A stretch of DNA of 63,713 nt, counting the filler, from Folioceros fuciformis (Eukaryota): NCBI GenBank assembly GCA_049999805.1. It is 6 parts of 6 records of this genome, joined end to end, with 100 filler letters (N's around TTAATTAATTAA, not from the genome) between each part and the next. Parts side by side here need not be neighbours in the genome. Positions count along the whole stretch, not along the records: positions 48,076 to 58,766 come from JBNGIO010005792.1; positions 58,867 to 61,663 come from JBNGIO010005804.1; positions 61,764 to 63,713 come from JBNGIO010005836.1; 3 more parts are not named here. The stretch is one strand, 5' to 3'. Position 1 is the first letter of the stretch. The number at the start of each line of letters is the position of its first letter. Made by a program: the position numbers and the translations under genes. Below are positions 50,477-63,713 of the stretch, piece by piece. The notes under the pieces were generated by a model, which was not told the origin of the DNA, did no database searches, and worked only from the letters and a program-made list of their open reading frames with translations.

Positions 50477-53449
50477 GTTGAAGACAAGGCCACTGTCGGC
50501 TGCTTCTTGCTTGACCAGAAAACAGGGCCACTAGCAATTGAGATGACATATCCTGAAACTGACTTTCTGCTATCTTTCAAGGTTGTCTAGTGTTCTTTCG
50601 CTAGGTTTTCCAAGAACTGTGAGAGCACACTAGTGGTATATGCAACTTCCAATCTTGTGGTATTGCTTGCATATGTCAACTTGCCTACACCTTGCCTCTA
50701 AGGAACTCCTCTCATTTGTTCCTTGTCTTCTTGAGTTGTAGGTGACATGAGCTTGCTGAGTTTCTGACCAAATGGCATAGGTGTTGAGACAGGTTTTGCT
50801 TCCTTAAGACCTAGTTGCTCAGCACATTCTAAAAGGTAACGGGGTTGTGTTAGTGTCATCACGTGAGTCTACCTGTTTCTTTGAACATGAATTCCTAGAC
50901 AGCTCTGTAGGGGTCCTAGGCAATTCATTCTGAATTTTGTTCCTAACACATCTGTGATGCTAGTGATAAAAGCCTGACTGTTGCTTGACAAAATCAAGTC
51001 ATCGACATAAACTGCCAAGTAACATATAACAGTCTCCTTGAGGTAAATGTACAAACTACTATCAGCTTGACTTTTGGTAAACCCTAGAGCTAGCAACTCT
51101 GTTTCTAGGGCTGCATTCCATTTCATGGCTGATTGCTTCAAGCCATATATGCATTTGATAAGTCTGCAAGCTTGATGTTCTTTGCCTTTTACAACATATC
51201 CAGGTGGCTGTTGCATGCATATTTCTATGTCCAGCTTTCCATATAGAAATGCTGTTTTAACATCATACATCTGCAGCTCATAGTTGTAATATGTGGATAT
51301 GGCCAGGATAATTCTGAGAGTTGAAAGCTTGACAAATGGAGAGAAAGTTTCCAGGTAATCCAATCTAGGGATTTGTGAGAAGCCCCTTGCAACCAAGTGG
51401 GCTTTGTACCTACCAAAGGTACCATCAGCTTTGACTTTCAACTTGAAGACCCACTTGCAAGTTACCAATTTTCTGCCTAGAGGTAAGTCTGTGAGCTCCC
51501 ATGTTCCATTCTCAATTAATGAATCATACTCAGACTGAATTGCCTTTTCCCATTCTTTGTGGTCAGGTCTACTCAAGGCCTCCTCATATGATTGAGGTTC
51601 AATGGGATCAAGGGAAGAGGTGTCAGCATGAACTGCCACATGAGAAGAAGGATTTCTGAAGTCTGGAGCTTGGTAATAGTCTAGAGGCTGCCTCTGACGA
51701 GTAGGGTACCGTCGAGGCTCTACTACAGGCACATCAAAGTGGTCTGGATTAAGGTCAGCGTGGTCAACATTGTCAACGTCAGCTGGTTCAACTTGTTCAG
51801 GAGGATGTTGGTCCTGTAAGTCCAGCGACGCAGGCTGATTTTCAGGTGCATTGACTTGTGCAGGTGCTGCAGCTACTATGTCCTCAACATCAACTAGCTC
51901 AAAACCAGCTGCTGGATATTCCCCACCTACAGGAGCAATGTCCTCCATAGGAACAACCTGAGTACCATGATCAGATTGATCAAAGGAAGTGTCATCATCA
52001 GAGGGAATAGCTTCAACAGCTTGAGGAGCTTCCACTTAGACCCAGTTGCGGTCTTCATCAAATATAACACTCCGTGCATAAATAACTTTGTTCTTAGGTA
52101 CATCATACAGCTTGTATGCTTTAATGCCTTCTGTGTAGCCTACCATGAGAAGTCTTCTAACCTTGTCTGACAGCTTTTTCCTTTTCTCTTTAGGTATAAA
52201 AGCATATGCAACACATCCAAATGTGCGCAACTGAAGAATAGAAGGCTTACGCCTTGTAAAGGCTTCGAAGGGAGTTTGGCCTTCAACAAAAGTAGTTGGC
52301 AACCTGTTCTTCAGATAAGTTGCAGTCATTTAAGCTTCTGCCCAGTATGGCAATGGTAGCTGTGCTTGATGTAATAGAGAGGATGTCATCTCTTGCAGGG
52401 TCAGATTAAGGCGCTTAGCAACACCATTTTGCTGAGGTGTGTAAACTACTGTCAGCTGGCAACCAATTCCCTCAGCTGTACAGTAAGCTTGGAATTCATT
52501 GGAGGTAAACTCCCCCCCATTGTCTGATCTCAATATTTTTAGTTGCTTTCCAATCCATCTTTCAGCATACTTGATATAATCTCTGAAATGACTGAAGCAC
52601 TCATTTTTCTGTTTGACAACGTAGGTTGTAACAAACCTAGTCTTATCATCAGTAAAAGTTAGGAAGTATCTACCTCCTCCTATGGAGTTTTGGGAGAGAG
52701 GTCCACACAGATCTGTGTGTACTAATTCCAGAACCTCAGAGGCTCTATGTGGGGCCTTATTTTTGAAGGCTGCCTGGTGTCTTTTGGAAAGGATACAGGG
52801 CTCACATAAGGGAAGTGAAGCTAAATGCCCTATGGGGCCATCCTGGTAAAGATTACTAACAGTAAGTTTCTGAAGTTTTGCTGAATGTGGATGACCTAAT
52901 CTCTTATGCCACAACTTAGCTTTTTCTGTCTGTTGTGCAGATACAGCAGTGGCATCTTGTGTCAAATGTGACGCTGGTACACTACGATCTGTATGGAGAC
53001 GGAACAAGTCTCTATCCGATGACCCATAGGCAAGTACTTTACTATGATTACAGGCATCTAGCATTTGACAGTCTGTCTGTGTGAATAGAACGTGACAATG
53101 ATTGTCAGCATTGAGGTTTCTGACTGAAATCAAATTGCGAGTCATGTCAGGAACAAAATAAACATCATGTAATGTTAACACATGCCCTGACGGAATTGGC
53201 AGGTCTATGGAACCACGACCAGGAGACACTAGGGATCTGTCATCACCTAGGTACACATATTGATCCTTAAATGTTTTGTATGTATGAAATGATCCTTTGT
53301 CAAAACAGATGTGAGCTGTAGCCCCTGTGTCTAGATACCAATCTAACACAGGTCTACCTTTTATATTTGCTGATAAGCTAGCAGGATACAAGAAGGAACT
53401 TGTTGCAAACACAGTTGTACCTACTGTGAGGGCTGAAGGGGTTGGTTGT

Positions 53450-56400
53450 TGTTAAAATATAATCCCGTTTAGGCATAAATACATTATATTAATTAAACCA
53501 CCCGAAACGGTATGGCTGGTGGAACGGCATGGATGGTGGAACGTTGCACGTGACACCCATAGGCAGTTATTTAGTAAGGGCGGTGGTTGGTATATTGTAA
53601 TTAATTAATTTGTAAGACATTTTTTCTGCATGCAATAAAGCAACTACTTTGCACGCTACTCCTAGTCTCCATCTCTGACATGGTATCAAAGCCATGCAGA
53701 TACGCCTAGAGGAGCTTTGGAATCATGCCGCGACGCAACGCTACTTCTAGAGGCAGACACGGATGCAGATTTTTCAGGGAATCTCCCGCTGAAAGTCAAC
53801 CATCTGGACACGCAGCGCACATCTCCGTTGAGGCTGCGTGCTCCCCTAGAAGGGCAGGCGCCCGGTGGCAAACCCTCCCCAATCCGCGTTGGTTTCTACC
53901 TACGCAACGCGGAGGCCCCTCCGACGCGCATCGCGCCCATGATTCCTATGCCCCCATGTGTCACGCATGCTGCGCGATACAGGATTCCAAGACGCGCGGA
54001 GCACCTGCAAGGCACAAAGACAAACCTGACATCAATTCCCTAAAGGGGCTGAGGAAAATTCTCGACAGATCACAGAATACCCTCAGCCGCGTGGAGAGAT
54101 TGTTGTCCAGCTTATTGTCCTCCCAAGCCCCCTCTAGGATCATCGCCCAAGGGTGTGCCACAGGCCCTCAAGTTGGTCAACCCCCAATTGATGAAGCCAA
54201 GACAAGCACCCAGCAAATTGCAGAATTTCTGGGCCAAATCTTGGCCACTTCATCAAGATCAGACAGCCTCCACTAGATCCTTCCGCTGCAAGGGAGTAGC
54301 AGCAATTGAGAGCACCAGATCTGAACCGGCGCGATGCATTCCGCGTTCCCTGCCAAGGCCTCACTTGGTGCTCCCCCATTGGCCCACTTGGAACACCTCT
54401 TCATGTAGTTGGGACACGTCCGTTAGAAAAACCCTAATCACACGCTGGTTTTAGGGTTTGTAGCTACATAACCGACGCACCCCTACGTTGCAATTACCCC
54501 TGGCGAGACCTATAATTGGGCTCAGGATCTAGCAGCCACCACTGTTGATGGCCCCTGAACTCTGCGCCCAACTAGGTCTCGCTGGAGACAACACGACGTG
54601 AGTAAGTGAGACAGGGACAGGCAGCAGTGAGACCCACCATCACGGCTGCATAGCTTAGGTGTTCATGTTCACCGCTGCACAGCTTAATTCCCTCATTTGT
54701 GGTTTCCAGAACCTCACACTACACCCTAATCCACAATCAGCTATGGCATCTAGCAGTCTACCTACCTTCACCTCGGAACTTAAGGAGAAGGATAGGTTCA
54801 AAGGGCATGGGTACAACGTCTGGAGGGTGAGGATGAAGGCCACCTTGCTGGCCAGGGGAGTTTGGACCACTGTAGATGGAACATACCTCAAACCTGACCC
54901 GTCCAGCAGCCCAGCACCAACCCCAGAAGAGATTGCCAAATGGGAGCAGTTCAAAGCAATTGTTGTCGCGCTGATTATTGGTGGACTGGACTCAGACCTT
55001 GTCCCTGATGTGGAATACCTCACATCTGCACACGCCATATGGGATCAGTTAGAGAAAACCTACAAAATTCAGAACATGATGACTCTATGCGCAGTAAGGC
55101 AGGAGTTCTACTCTCTGAAAATGAAGGAGGGAGACAAAGTAGCCTCCCACGTCTGCAAGTTTAGACACCTACGTGCTCAACTTACAGCTATGACAGGAGA
55201 GAAGATGTCGGAAGTGGACGCTATCGCCCAGCTCCTGACCAGTCTCCCTGCCTCGTACCAGACCTTTGTGACAAGTCAAAACAGTCCCATACGTGCTGCA
55301 GCTGCTGCCTCCGGCCAGTCAGTGACCATCATCCTGGAGGAGGTGATTGGTGCACTGTTCCAGGAGGAGCAGAGTCACACTTTCTCCTCAGCTGCCAAGA
55401 ACAGAGGGGAGAAAGCATTAGTGACCAATTTCCGCAAAGGCAAGTCAAGGTTCCGAGGAGGAATAGCACAAGGACAGAGGGGAGAACCCTCCAATGCTGC
55501 CAAACGCCCTGGCAGTTGCAACTGGTGTGGCCTCCTTGGCCACTGGGCAAGAGAATGCCGCAAACGGAAGGCAGGTGAGCCCCAACGTCAGCCAAAGGCT
55601 ACAGCAAATGTAGCAGTGAAGCAGAGCAAATCAGACTCCAAGGCCCCCGTGAAGATACTTACAGTATGCCTGTTCAGCACACAGAGTGATGACAACTGTT
55701 GGTATCTTGATTCGGGGGCCACCACTCACATCTGCAAGAAAAAGGAACTTTTCAGAACCCTAGACCTGACGCAAACAGGGGGTCAGGTATTTCTTGCGGA
55801 TGAACAAAGTAAGTCAAGCTTACCTATTCAGGGTAGAGGCACTTGTGTCTTCACACTGCATGATGGCACAGAGTTAACCCTAGATGATGTCATCTATGTC
55901 CCAAGCATGGCCAAAAACCTCATGTCTATGAGTCAGATCATGCGTCAACGCATGTTCTACATGCATGCAGACTCTGAACACTGCTGTTTCTACAGGCAGT
56001 CATCTCCCCACACATGTGTTTTCGAGGGTCTGCCCGAAAGTAACCTGTACAGACTTAACATTACCTGTACAAGCTACTCATATGAGGCTACTCACTCAAT
56101 CTCATCTTTTAACCTAAGTCAAGAACAGCAGGCCTTGCTTTGGCACGCCCGTTTGGGCCACATCAACAAGTCCAAGTTGATAGACATGTCAGTCTTAGGA
56201 TGCCATCGTGAGCCTCTACCGAAATGCTTTAAACAACTACCTGTGTGTGAACCTTGCATACTAGCCAAGCAAAAGGAGCTGCCACTCCCTAACTCACCTG
56301 CACAGAGAGCCACAAGAGCCCTTGAGTTAGTCCATGCTGACATCTCGGGCAAGGTCCATGAGCCCTCACTAGGAGGTGCCCGCTACTTCTTCACTATAAC

Positions 56401-58766
56401 TGATGACTACAGCCGGTACACATGGACATTTCCAATGGAACTCAAGAGTGACACTTATGGATTTTTCAAGGATTGGCTTACCACTGCTCAGCGACAGTCT
56501 GGGCAGCTCTTGAAGACCTTTAGGACAGACAATGGCACTAAATTTGTTAACTCCAACTTTGAATACCTGCTGCAGTCTCATGGGATACTGCACTAGACAA
56601 CAGTGCCCTATACGCCCCAACAAAACGGAGTATCAGAAAGGAAAAATCAGACTTTACTGTCCATGACAAGAAGCATGTTGTTATGGGCAGGCTTACCTCA
56701 GGGTTATTGGGCGGAGGCTATAGTGACAGCGACGTACATCCTCAACCGTGTCCTCACCAGCACTGTCCCAAACAAAACCCCATTTGAGGTATTTTGGAAC
56801 AAGAAGCCCAGCCTCCTCCACCTCCGGGTCTTTGGATCCCGCGCTTATGCCTATATACCTAAGGAGAAAAGACATAAGTTAGACAGCCGCGCTGAGGCAC
56901 TTATCCTGGTTGGCTACAGTGAACACTCAAAAGCCTACAAGCTGTATAACCCAGACACTGATACTATTGTTCTTGCTAGGAGCGTCACCTTTGTTGAACT
57001 CCATAGTCCTGCCTCCGAACACAGCCCACCAGAGGACCCTACAACTTCCTCTCCGGCTGATCAACCTGCTGTTTTCCCCCTTGATGATGATGAGCCTGAA
57101 CCCGTGGTTCCACCTCCTGTGCCTGCAGAAAGTCACAATTTAGACCTTCCCCACCACATTGAGGCAGACGCAGATGCATATGTTGAAGGCGAAACCATAG
57201 ATGCAGACACCATGGATGCCATCCCTGCTCAACCTGTGTTGGACGCAGAGGGGGATGTAGGGCTAGCTGATGATACACATACCTTGGCTAACCCTGCACA
57301 GCCTCCACCCCAGGTTGACCCAGATGTCGATCTCCCCCACCGTTCCACATGTCACAGACCTCCTCCATCTGAATGGAAGGAACCTCCCTATGCATCCACT
57401 GATTTTCGAACCCATGCAGTCCCCTCCCTCGGACCAGCTTTGTCCTTACCTGAGGAACCCACTACATTAACTCAGGCATTCACAGGTCCTCAACGTGAGC
57501 AATGGAAGCAGGCAGTTGAGGAAGAATACCAATCCTTGGTGAAGAACAAAACCTGGACGCTCACTGATCTCCCTCCAGGCAGGAAAGCCATATCCTGCAA
57601 ATGGACATTCAAACTAAAATTAAATGCCAAAGGTGAAGTCGCCAGGTTCAAAGCACGACTTGTGGCGCGAGGATTCACTCAAGTGGAAGGGCTGGACTAC
57701 CAGGAAACATTCTCACCTGTAGTTCGCAGCCAATCCATTCGCCTCATCCTTGCTTATGCCACAGAGTTTGACCTTGACCTCGAGCAAATGGACGTATGCA
57801 CTGCCTTCTTGTATGGGATCCTTGAGGAGGAGCTGTATATGTTTCAGCCCGAAGGCTACGAAGACCCTGCACACCCGCATCAAGTTCTCAGGTTACTGAA
57901 ATGTATCTACGAACTGAAGCAAAGCGGCAGGGTATGGTATCTTACAATGCATGTTTACCTAATCAGCATTGACTTCGTTCAGAATACTGCTGACACAAAC
58001 GTATACATGCTCATGAGAGGAACCTCTACTGTGCTCCTTGCTCTCTACGTCGATGACTTGATCCTTGCTACAAACGACCATGCACTGTTAGCAGACGTAA
58101 AGAAGCAGCTGCACCAGAGGTTTGACATGAAGGACATTGGAGAGTTGAGGTACTGCCTAGGCATTCAAATTCTGCGAGTTCGCGATGCTGGGATCATGTA
58201 TATACACCAGGGAAAGTATATCACTAAAATCCTACGCAAGTTCCATCTAGACCAGGCAAGACCTGCCACGACTCCATATGCAGTTGGCACCAAATTAACT
58301 CGCCGGCAGAGCCCACAAACCCCAGATGAATTGAAGGACATGGAGGGCGTACCTTATAGGCACGCAGTGGGTAGCTTGTTGTTCGTCGCCAACTGGACAC
58401 GGCCCGATATACAGTACGCTGTCAGCATAGTATCCCAATTCCTTGAGTGTCCCGGGAGAATTCACTGGACAACAATGAAACGAATTTTTCGTTATCTCCA
58501 GGGCACGATAAACTACGGCCTCATGTACAGGAGAAGTGGGGACCAACGACTCACCTTATCTGGTTACTCAGACGCTGATTGGGCCTCGGATTCAGACTCC
58601 AGGCGTAGCATTTCCTCTTATTGTTTTCTTCTTGCTTCAGCAGCAGTCACCTGGAGCAGCAAAAAACAGACCACCATTGCCCTTAGCTCCACTGAAGCTG
58701 AATATAAGTCGCTGACTGAAGCAGTGTGGAGGCAAAACCCCGGGCACTGATTGCCAACGGGTTCCA
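53450..58766 (+). mobile_element. Ty1/copia element (5' LTR 53450-53680, PBS 53681-53692, gag-pol ~54743-58750), 3' end missing
   Basis: TG...CA LTR, PBS TGGTATCAAAGC; CNWC-H-C, WYLDSGAT, WHARLGH, RTDNG, LYVDD, YSDADWA; one premature TAG at 56594. Confidence 0.96.
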
Positions 58767-58866
58767 NNNNNNNNNNNNNNNNNNNNNNNNNNNNNNNNNN
58801 NNNNNNNNNNTTAATTAATTAANNNNNNNNNNNNNNNNNNNNNNNNNNNNNNNNNNNNNNNNNNNN

Positions 58867-59930
58867 AATGAATAGTGCCCTAAGCTAGCCCTATTCTAGC
58901 TCTATTTTATCAGCCAAGACTCTAGAAAATCTAGAACTAAATTTCCTTCAATCAATTTCAGGGATTGGAGTTGTTCCCGGGTGTATAACTTAAAGCCCAT
59001 GCTCCCCTCTACATAGGTAGATTGCAATTTGTCCCACATTTCTTTGGATGCTTTTAGTCTTTTGATTATAGGGATTAATCTATCTCCTACATGCAAGAGT
59101 ATGTTGGAACAGGCTTGTGCATCTTTGAGAAGCCATGCAGGTAAGTCAGCGTGACCTAGTGTTGGTTGTGCTTCAGAGCCTTACTGAAGGCCNNNNNNNN
59201 NNATTTCTTAGTCAGCATGACCTAGTGTTGGTTGTGCTTCAGAGCCTTATTGAAGGCCATAGAGAATTTCTTAATAAAAGCATTTCTATACCGGCTGCCC
59301 ATGTGTGATAATTGATGCTACTTAACTTATCAATCTGATATGCCCTGGAAATGGTCGGAGGTGGATTAGCCATTAAGTTAGATCTCCTAACGTTTATGAT
59401 TGCTTGTGCATGATTTCTAATTGAGTATTAAATTGTCATGCTGTCTCCTATATATATCGTCTAAATGAGCAGATAGACTATATATATCGTCTAANNNNNN
59501 NNNNATATATCGTCTAAATGAGCAGATAGACTATATATATCGTCTAAATGAACAGATAGACTATATATATCGTCTAAATGAGCAGATAGACTAGAGAGTT
59601 CAGATGATGTCTAGATTGTGCAAGAGTTATTGATTGTGTGACTTGTTTATGTAGAAGACGAATGATGTCTGAATCCAAAAGACCAGAGGGACAAGAATGC
59701 CTGAGTATCTCAAAGGATTCTGGACAGAATCTCCGTAGTCTGTCCATTGGGTTATGCTATTTTACTGGCACAGAATCAGAGTCTGTCCAGTCTTTGTCAT
59801 GCATTTCAGGCATGCTCTACGATCGGTGCTCTGATACCATGAACCAGAGTAAAGGAGAGCACACACACAACGGAGAGGAGAGAATGCAAAGTGTGTGTTT
59901 TAATTATGAGCATGTACGAAGGTATTGAAC
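58867..59930 (-). mobile_element. 5' part of a copia element: PBS 59839-59828, gag remnant ~59371-58880
   Basis: GCTCTGATACCA followed by TG on plus; gag-like KLSSINYHTWA, SKEMWDKLQSTY, LQSLKL; the LTR extent is uncertain. Confidence 0.75.
59448..59593. repeat. 30-bp tandem repeat in the element 5' leader
   Basis: CTATATATATCGTCTAAATGAGCAGATAGA, about 5 copies. Confidence 0.9.
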
Positions 59931-61763
59931 AAGTCTATACGAGGAGGAGTCGCGTCTGTTCCGATCGTGTCTCTTACGATGATGCCTATTCAGAATAACG
60001 AGCTTCACGAAAGGAACCAGTTTCACACAGAGTGCACTTTTTGCCTTCCTCCTCATAGTCTTAAGCTACACAGCAAAGCATCTGCAAAAATTCGACTGTA
60101 CTTGCTGAACAGGGGCACACCAAAGAGTGAGACAGTCCGGCAACACCAAAGGAACTTGGTTCATTTAGATACCACTTTCACCTCTCGTGCTGTATACATC
60201 GAGGCAAAATTGATGCCACTATTCTGCATGAGCTCTGCAAGGTGCCCTGTAAGGCGCATCGCACCTTGTCCCACAGTTTCGACTCCGACCTTCGTCATCA
60301 CTTTCCCATGCAGAACTGCAATACGACCACGGGTAAGCAAGATGGCGCAAGCAATGCTAAGGACACCCAGCAAGTACTTACACTCCTCCCGATGCTCTGG
60401 TCGTTGGCATCAGCAGTTGACAGGCACAGAGTCCTAGATCCCCCAAATTGCATACGTCATAATCAAAAGGTCGGTCGGCTCTCCATTTGCCCGACCGGAT
60501 GCACACGCGAATGCGAACGCTGTCTCGACCTTGGACTCACCCGGCACCGCCTTCTCGTTTCACATCTGCCACACTAGCTGAATTTATGACAGTTCTGACA
60601 TCCAACCGAATCAGAGCTACCGCTGCATACGTCTCTGGCTTTCTTCTGGCCACAAATTCTCCAACGGCACCTCCGATCCAGCATCGCAGAATAATGGATC
60701 AGCTCTCAAATCCTCCTCCTTCCAGATCCGTACATAACCACCTCAGAAAAAGGCAGCTCGACCGATCTCCTCTCCAGCCGCAAGACCTTCTATCGCTTCC
60801 TGGGACGCGGGCAAGAACCGCAGCCGCAACCGCCTAACCACCCACCAATTCAGGCACGCAAGTACACCACGGAGGATCTCAAAGGCTTCCACCACAGCAA
60901 ACGTGCTCAGATGTCGCGAATCAGCAACACAAAATTTGCAAGGAGTAATTGATCTTCCAATTGACCATATATGGCTCCCCTCTGCCGACTTGTTGCTGGC
61001 CAACTGCTCTTTCCGGTCTCCTCTCCTCTACTGCCCTGCTCGGAGATGGAAATACCAGATCCGAAGGGATCGGATCAGATCAGATGAGGAAGAATGGGCA
61101 GGCGGGGAAGGGATAGGCAAGAGCTTGGCTGCAGCAACGCCAGCTCAGGAAAACATGGTGCCACGCCGCGTCGGGTGTGGTCCAGCAGGGGACGTGGAAG
61201 TCGGAGAAGGGAAGGTAGAGTGAGAGGGGTAGGACTGCGAGAGTGGAGCAACCGTTCTGCTTCTGATTTCCTGGAAACAGCGCGCAACCAGAGCGAACCA
61301 GGCCGGTTTAGGTCGGTTGGTGGTTCTTGGTCAGACGACAGCGGCCTCCAACCAACCTTGCCCTTACGACAGGCACCCTTGTTCACACAGCCTGGCTGAA
61401 CTCGGAGGTCCCTTCTGCTACTCTGCAGTGTATTGCATGGTTGCCTGCACGTTATATCTTCTGCATCCACCGCCCTAGCCCGTCGTCTCTCAGGAGGGAA
61501 AGGACAAGAGGAGGAGAAAGACTTCTCTATGAATCCAATATGGACGGATTTTCCCATGATGGGACTTGGTAGGTCGTGTGTGAGCCCTGCGGGCGTTCTA
61601 TTCGTGCTGGCTCAGCGTAGGGCTGGTGGGATTTCGTAGATCTTGCGGAAACCTACTCTTCGGNNNNNNNNNNNNNNNNNNNNNNNNNNNNNNNNNNNNN
61701 NNNNNNNTTAATTAATTAANNNNNNNNNNNNNNNNNNNNNNNNNNNNNNNNNNNNNNNNNNNN

Positions 61764-63713
61764 TAAGAACGACATTACCAAACCACCTCCCACACCACAA
61801 AATGGCAATGAAACCATGGGCAATTCTAGGTACCCGGATAGGGTACGCAAACCGCGTGGAGAGTGGTGGATGAACCACATTCCGCCGCCTCAAGACAAAG
61901 AGCATGCAAACATGGCCGTCGTAGGGGAACCTAGAAACTTGAGAGAGGCCATTGAATCGAGTGATGCGAGCGAGTGGGAGTTGGCCATGCAAGAGGAATA
62001 CAATTCCCTCATCGCCAACGGCACGTGGGAGTTGACACAATTGCCGAAAGGCCGCAAGGCCGTAGGACGCAAGTGGGTTTTCCGCACCAAGAGGGATGCC
62101 AACGGTGCGGTGGTGCGACACAAAGCTAGATTGGTGGCCAAGGGGTACACGCAAGTAGAAGGTGTAGACTTCGGCGAAACCTTCGCCCCCGTGGCCAAGT
62201 TCAACACCATTAGATGCACTCTAGCACTAGGGGCAGCCATGGACTTAGAAATGCATCAAATGGACGTCAAGACGGCATTCTTGAACGGGGAACTTGACGC
62301 GGAAATCTACATGGAGCAACCGGAGGGGTTTGTGCAAAAAGGCCGAGAGCACCTCGTATGCAAGTTGAAGAAATCCCTCTACGGATTGAAACAATCCTCT
62401 AGGGCATGGTACGAACGCATTCACATATTCTTTGTGAACAAAGGCTTTACGAGGAGCCACGCGGATCATTCATTGTATGTTTTGCAAACTAGCCACTACA
62501 TTGTGATTATAATCATATATGTAGACGACCTCATCATGTTGGCGAGCGACCCCGAAATGATCAATGAGTTGAAGTCTAGCCTTGAGCACGAATTCGAGAT
62601 GAGCGACCTCGGCGAGTTACACTTCTTTCTTAATGTTCATTTTGAGAGGGATAGGCCGAGTCGCACCATCACCATGCATCAACGCACCTACATCCAAACG
62701 GTTTTGGAGCGATTCGGGATGAGCGATTGCAAGCCCATCGGAACGCCGCTCGATACGAAGACCTCATTGCCAAATCTTTCGGAGGAAGATTACGAGGCAT
62801 GTGTGCATGAGATGAAGGACGTTCCGTATCAAGAGGCCGTAGGGTCGTTGATGTACGCCATGGTGGCCACAAGACCGGACCTTGCATTTGCGGTAAGCGT
62901 GGTTAGCCGATTCATGTCGAAACCGGGTCCAATGCATTGGATGGCGGTGAAAAGAATCATGCGGTACTTGAAGGCCACCTTAGACATGAGATTACGCATT
63001 GGGGGAAGCCACATAGACATCAAAGGGTATTCGGATGCGGATTGGGCCGGGGATGTGGAGAATCGAAGGTCCACATCCGGATATGTTTTCTTACTTGGAG
63101 AGGGGGCCGTATCGTGGAATAGCAAACGGCAACAAACGGTGGCACAATCTACAATGGAGGCCGAATACATGGCCATGAGCCGATGCACGAGGGAGGCCAT
63201 TTGGATTAGACAACTAATGGAGGATGTAGGATTTGTACAAGAGGAGGCAACGACCATCATGTGCGACAACCAAGGTTCTATGGCTTTAGCTAAGAATCCC
63301 ACAAAGCATGATCGGTCGAAACATATAGATGTACAACATCATTTTATTAGAGAAAAGATTGAAAACAAGGTTGTAGAGTTAGAATATTGTCCAACGCAAT
63401 ATATGGTAGCGGATATTCTAACGAAAGCATTAGCGAGAGATAGGCATTCAACATTGAGTGAAATAATGGGGTTGGAATACAATGCCACCTCGCAAAGTGG
63501 GAGTATTGGAGGATAGTACTAGCAATGGTTGATAGTACTAGCCAAGGAGGATACAACTAGAAGAGCATAAGTGCACTAGGTTGCATTGGTGACATTGTCC
63601 CATAAGGGTTGTCAAGGCTGGTCCTATTTGTACCATATAAATAAAGGCATATCGGAAGAGCTAATCACTCTCTCCATTGTATGCACTCACCGTGTGTTGT
63701 GTACTACCTTCTA
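61764..63713 (+). mobile_element. Ty1/copia 3' half: uninterrupted RT-RNase H (to 63516), PPT and 3' LTR from ~63504
   Basis: 566-aa open frame with HKARLVAKG, QMDVKTAFL, YVDDL, YSDADWAG, KHIDVQHHF; PPT AAAGTGGGAG. Confidence 0.96.

Larger units (their letters stand above)
48588..53449 (-). mobile_element. Ty1/copia element truncated in gag by a nested insertion (pol 53412-49986, PPT 48826-48818, 3' LTR ~48817-48588)
   Basis: WYLDTGAT, WHKRLGH, HTDLCGP, RSDNGGEF, VYVDDL, SSKKQPTVALSSTEAEY, KHVEVEYH; several stops. Confidence 0.93.

Noticed and set aside
59144-59258. Direct duplication in the gag remnant
   Set aside because: It flanks a 10-N gap and is probably a scaffolding overlap.

Overview
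Eukaryotic land-plant genomic DNA. Compact genes with short GT-AG introns suggest a lycophyte/bryophyte-grade plant such as Selaginella (inferred). The window is six assembly pieces joined by artificial N-TTAATTAATTAA-N spacers (3295-3394, 34837-34936, 47976-48075, 58767-58866, 61664-61763), so adjacency across spacers is not biological. Piece 2 (3395-34836) is gene-rich: a disordered acidic protein, an Abraxas-like MPN protein, a degenerate pogo/Tigger transposon, a Gnk2/DUF26-like secreted protein, a Rad60/SUMO-like-domain protein, CP12, an alpha/beta hydrolase, a fasciclin-like protein, a MoCo-sulfurase-like protein and a 3'-truncated VIRILIZER. The other pieces are nested, mostly decayed Ty1/copia and Ty3/gypsy retrotransposons. 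The most notable signal is that two different copia elements each appear to carry an intron-containing antisense gene between pol and the 3' LTR. Both genes are hidden from the ORF track by transition-type stops, and both elements have non-canonical TA-starting LTRs.
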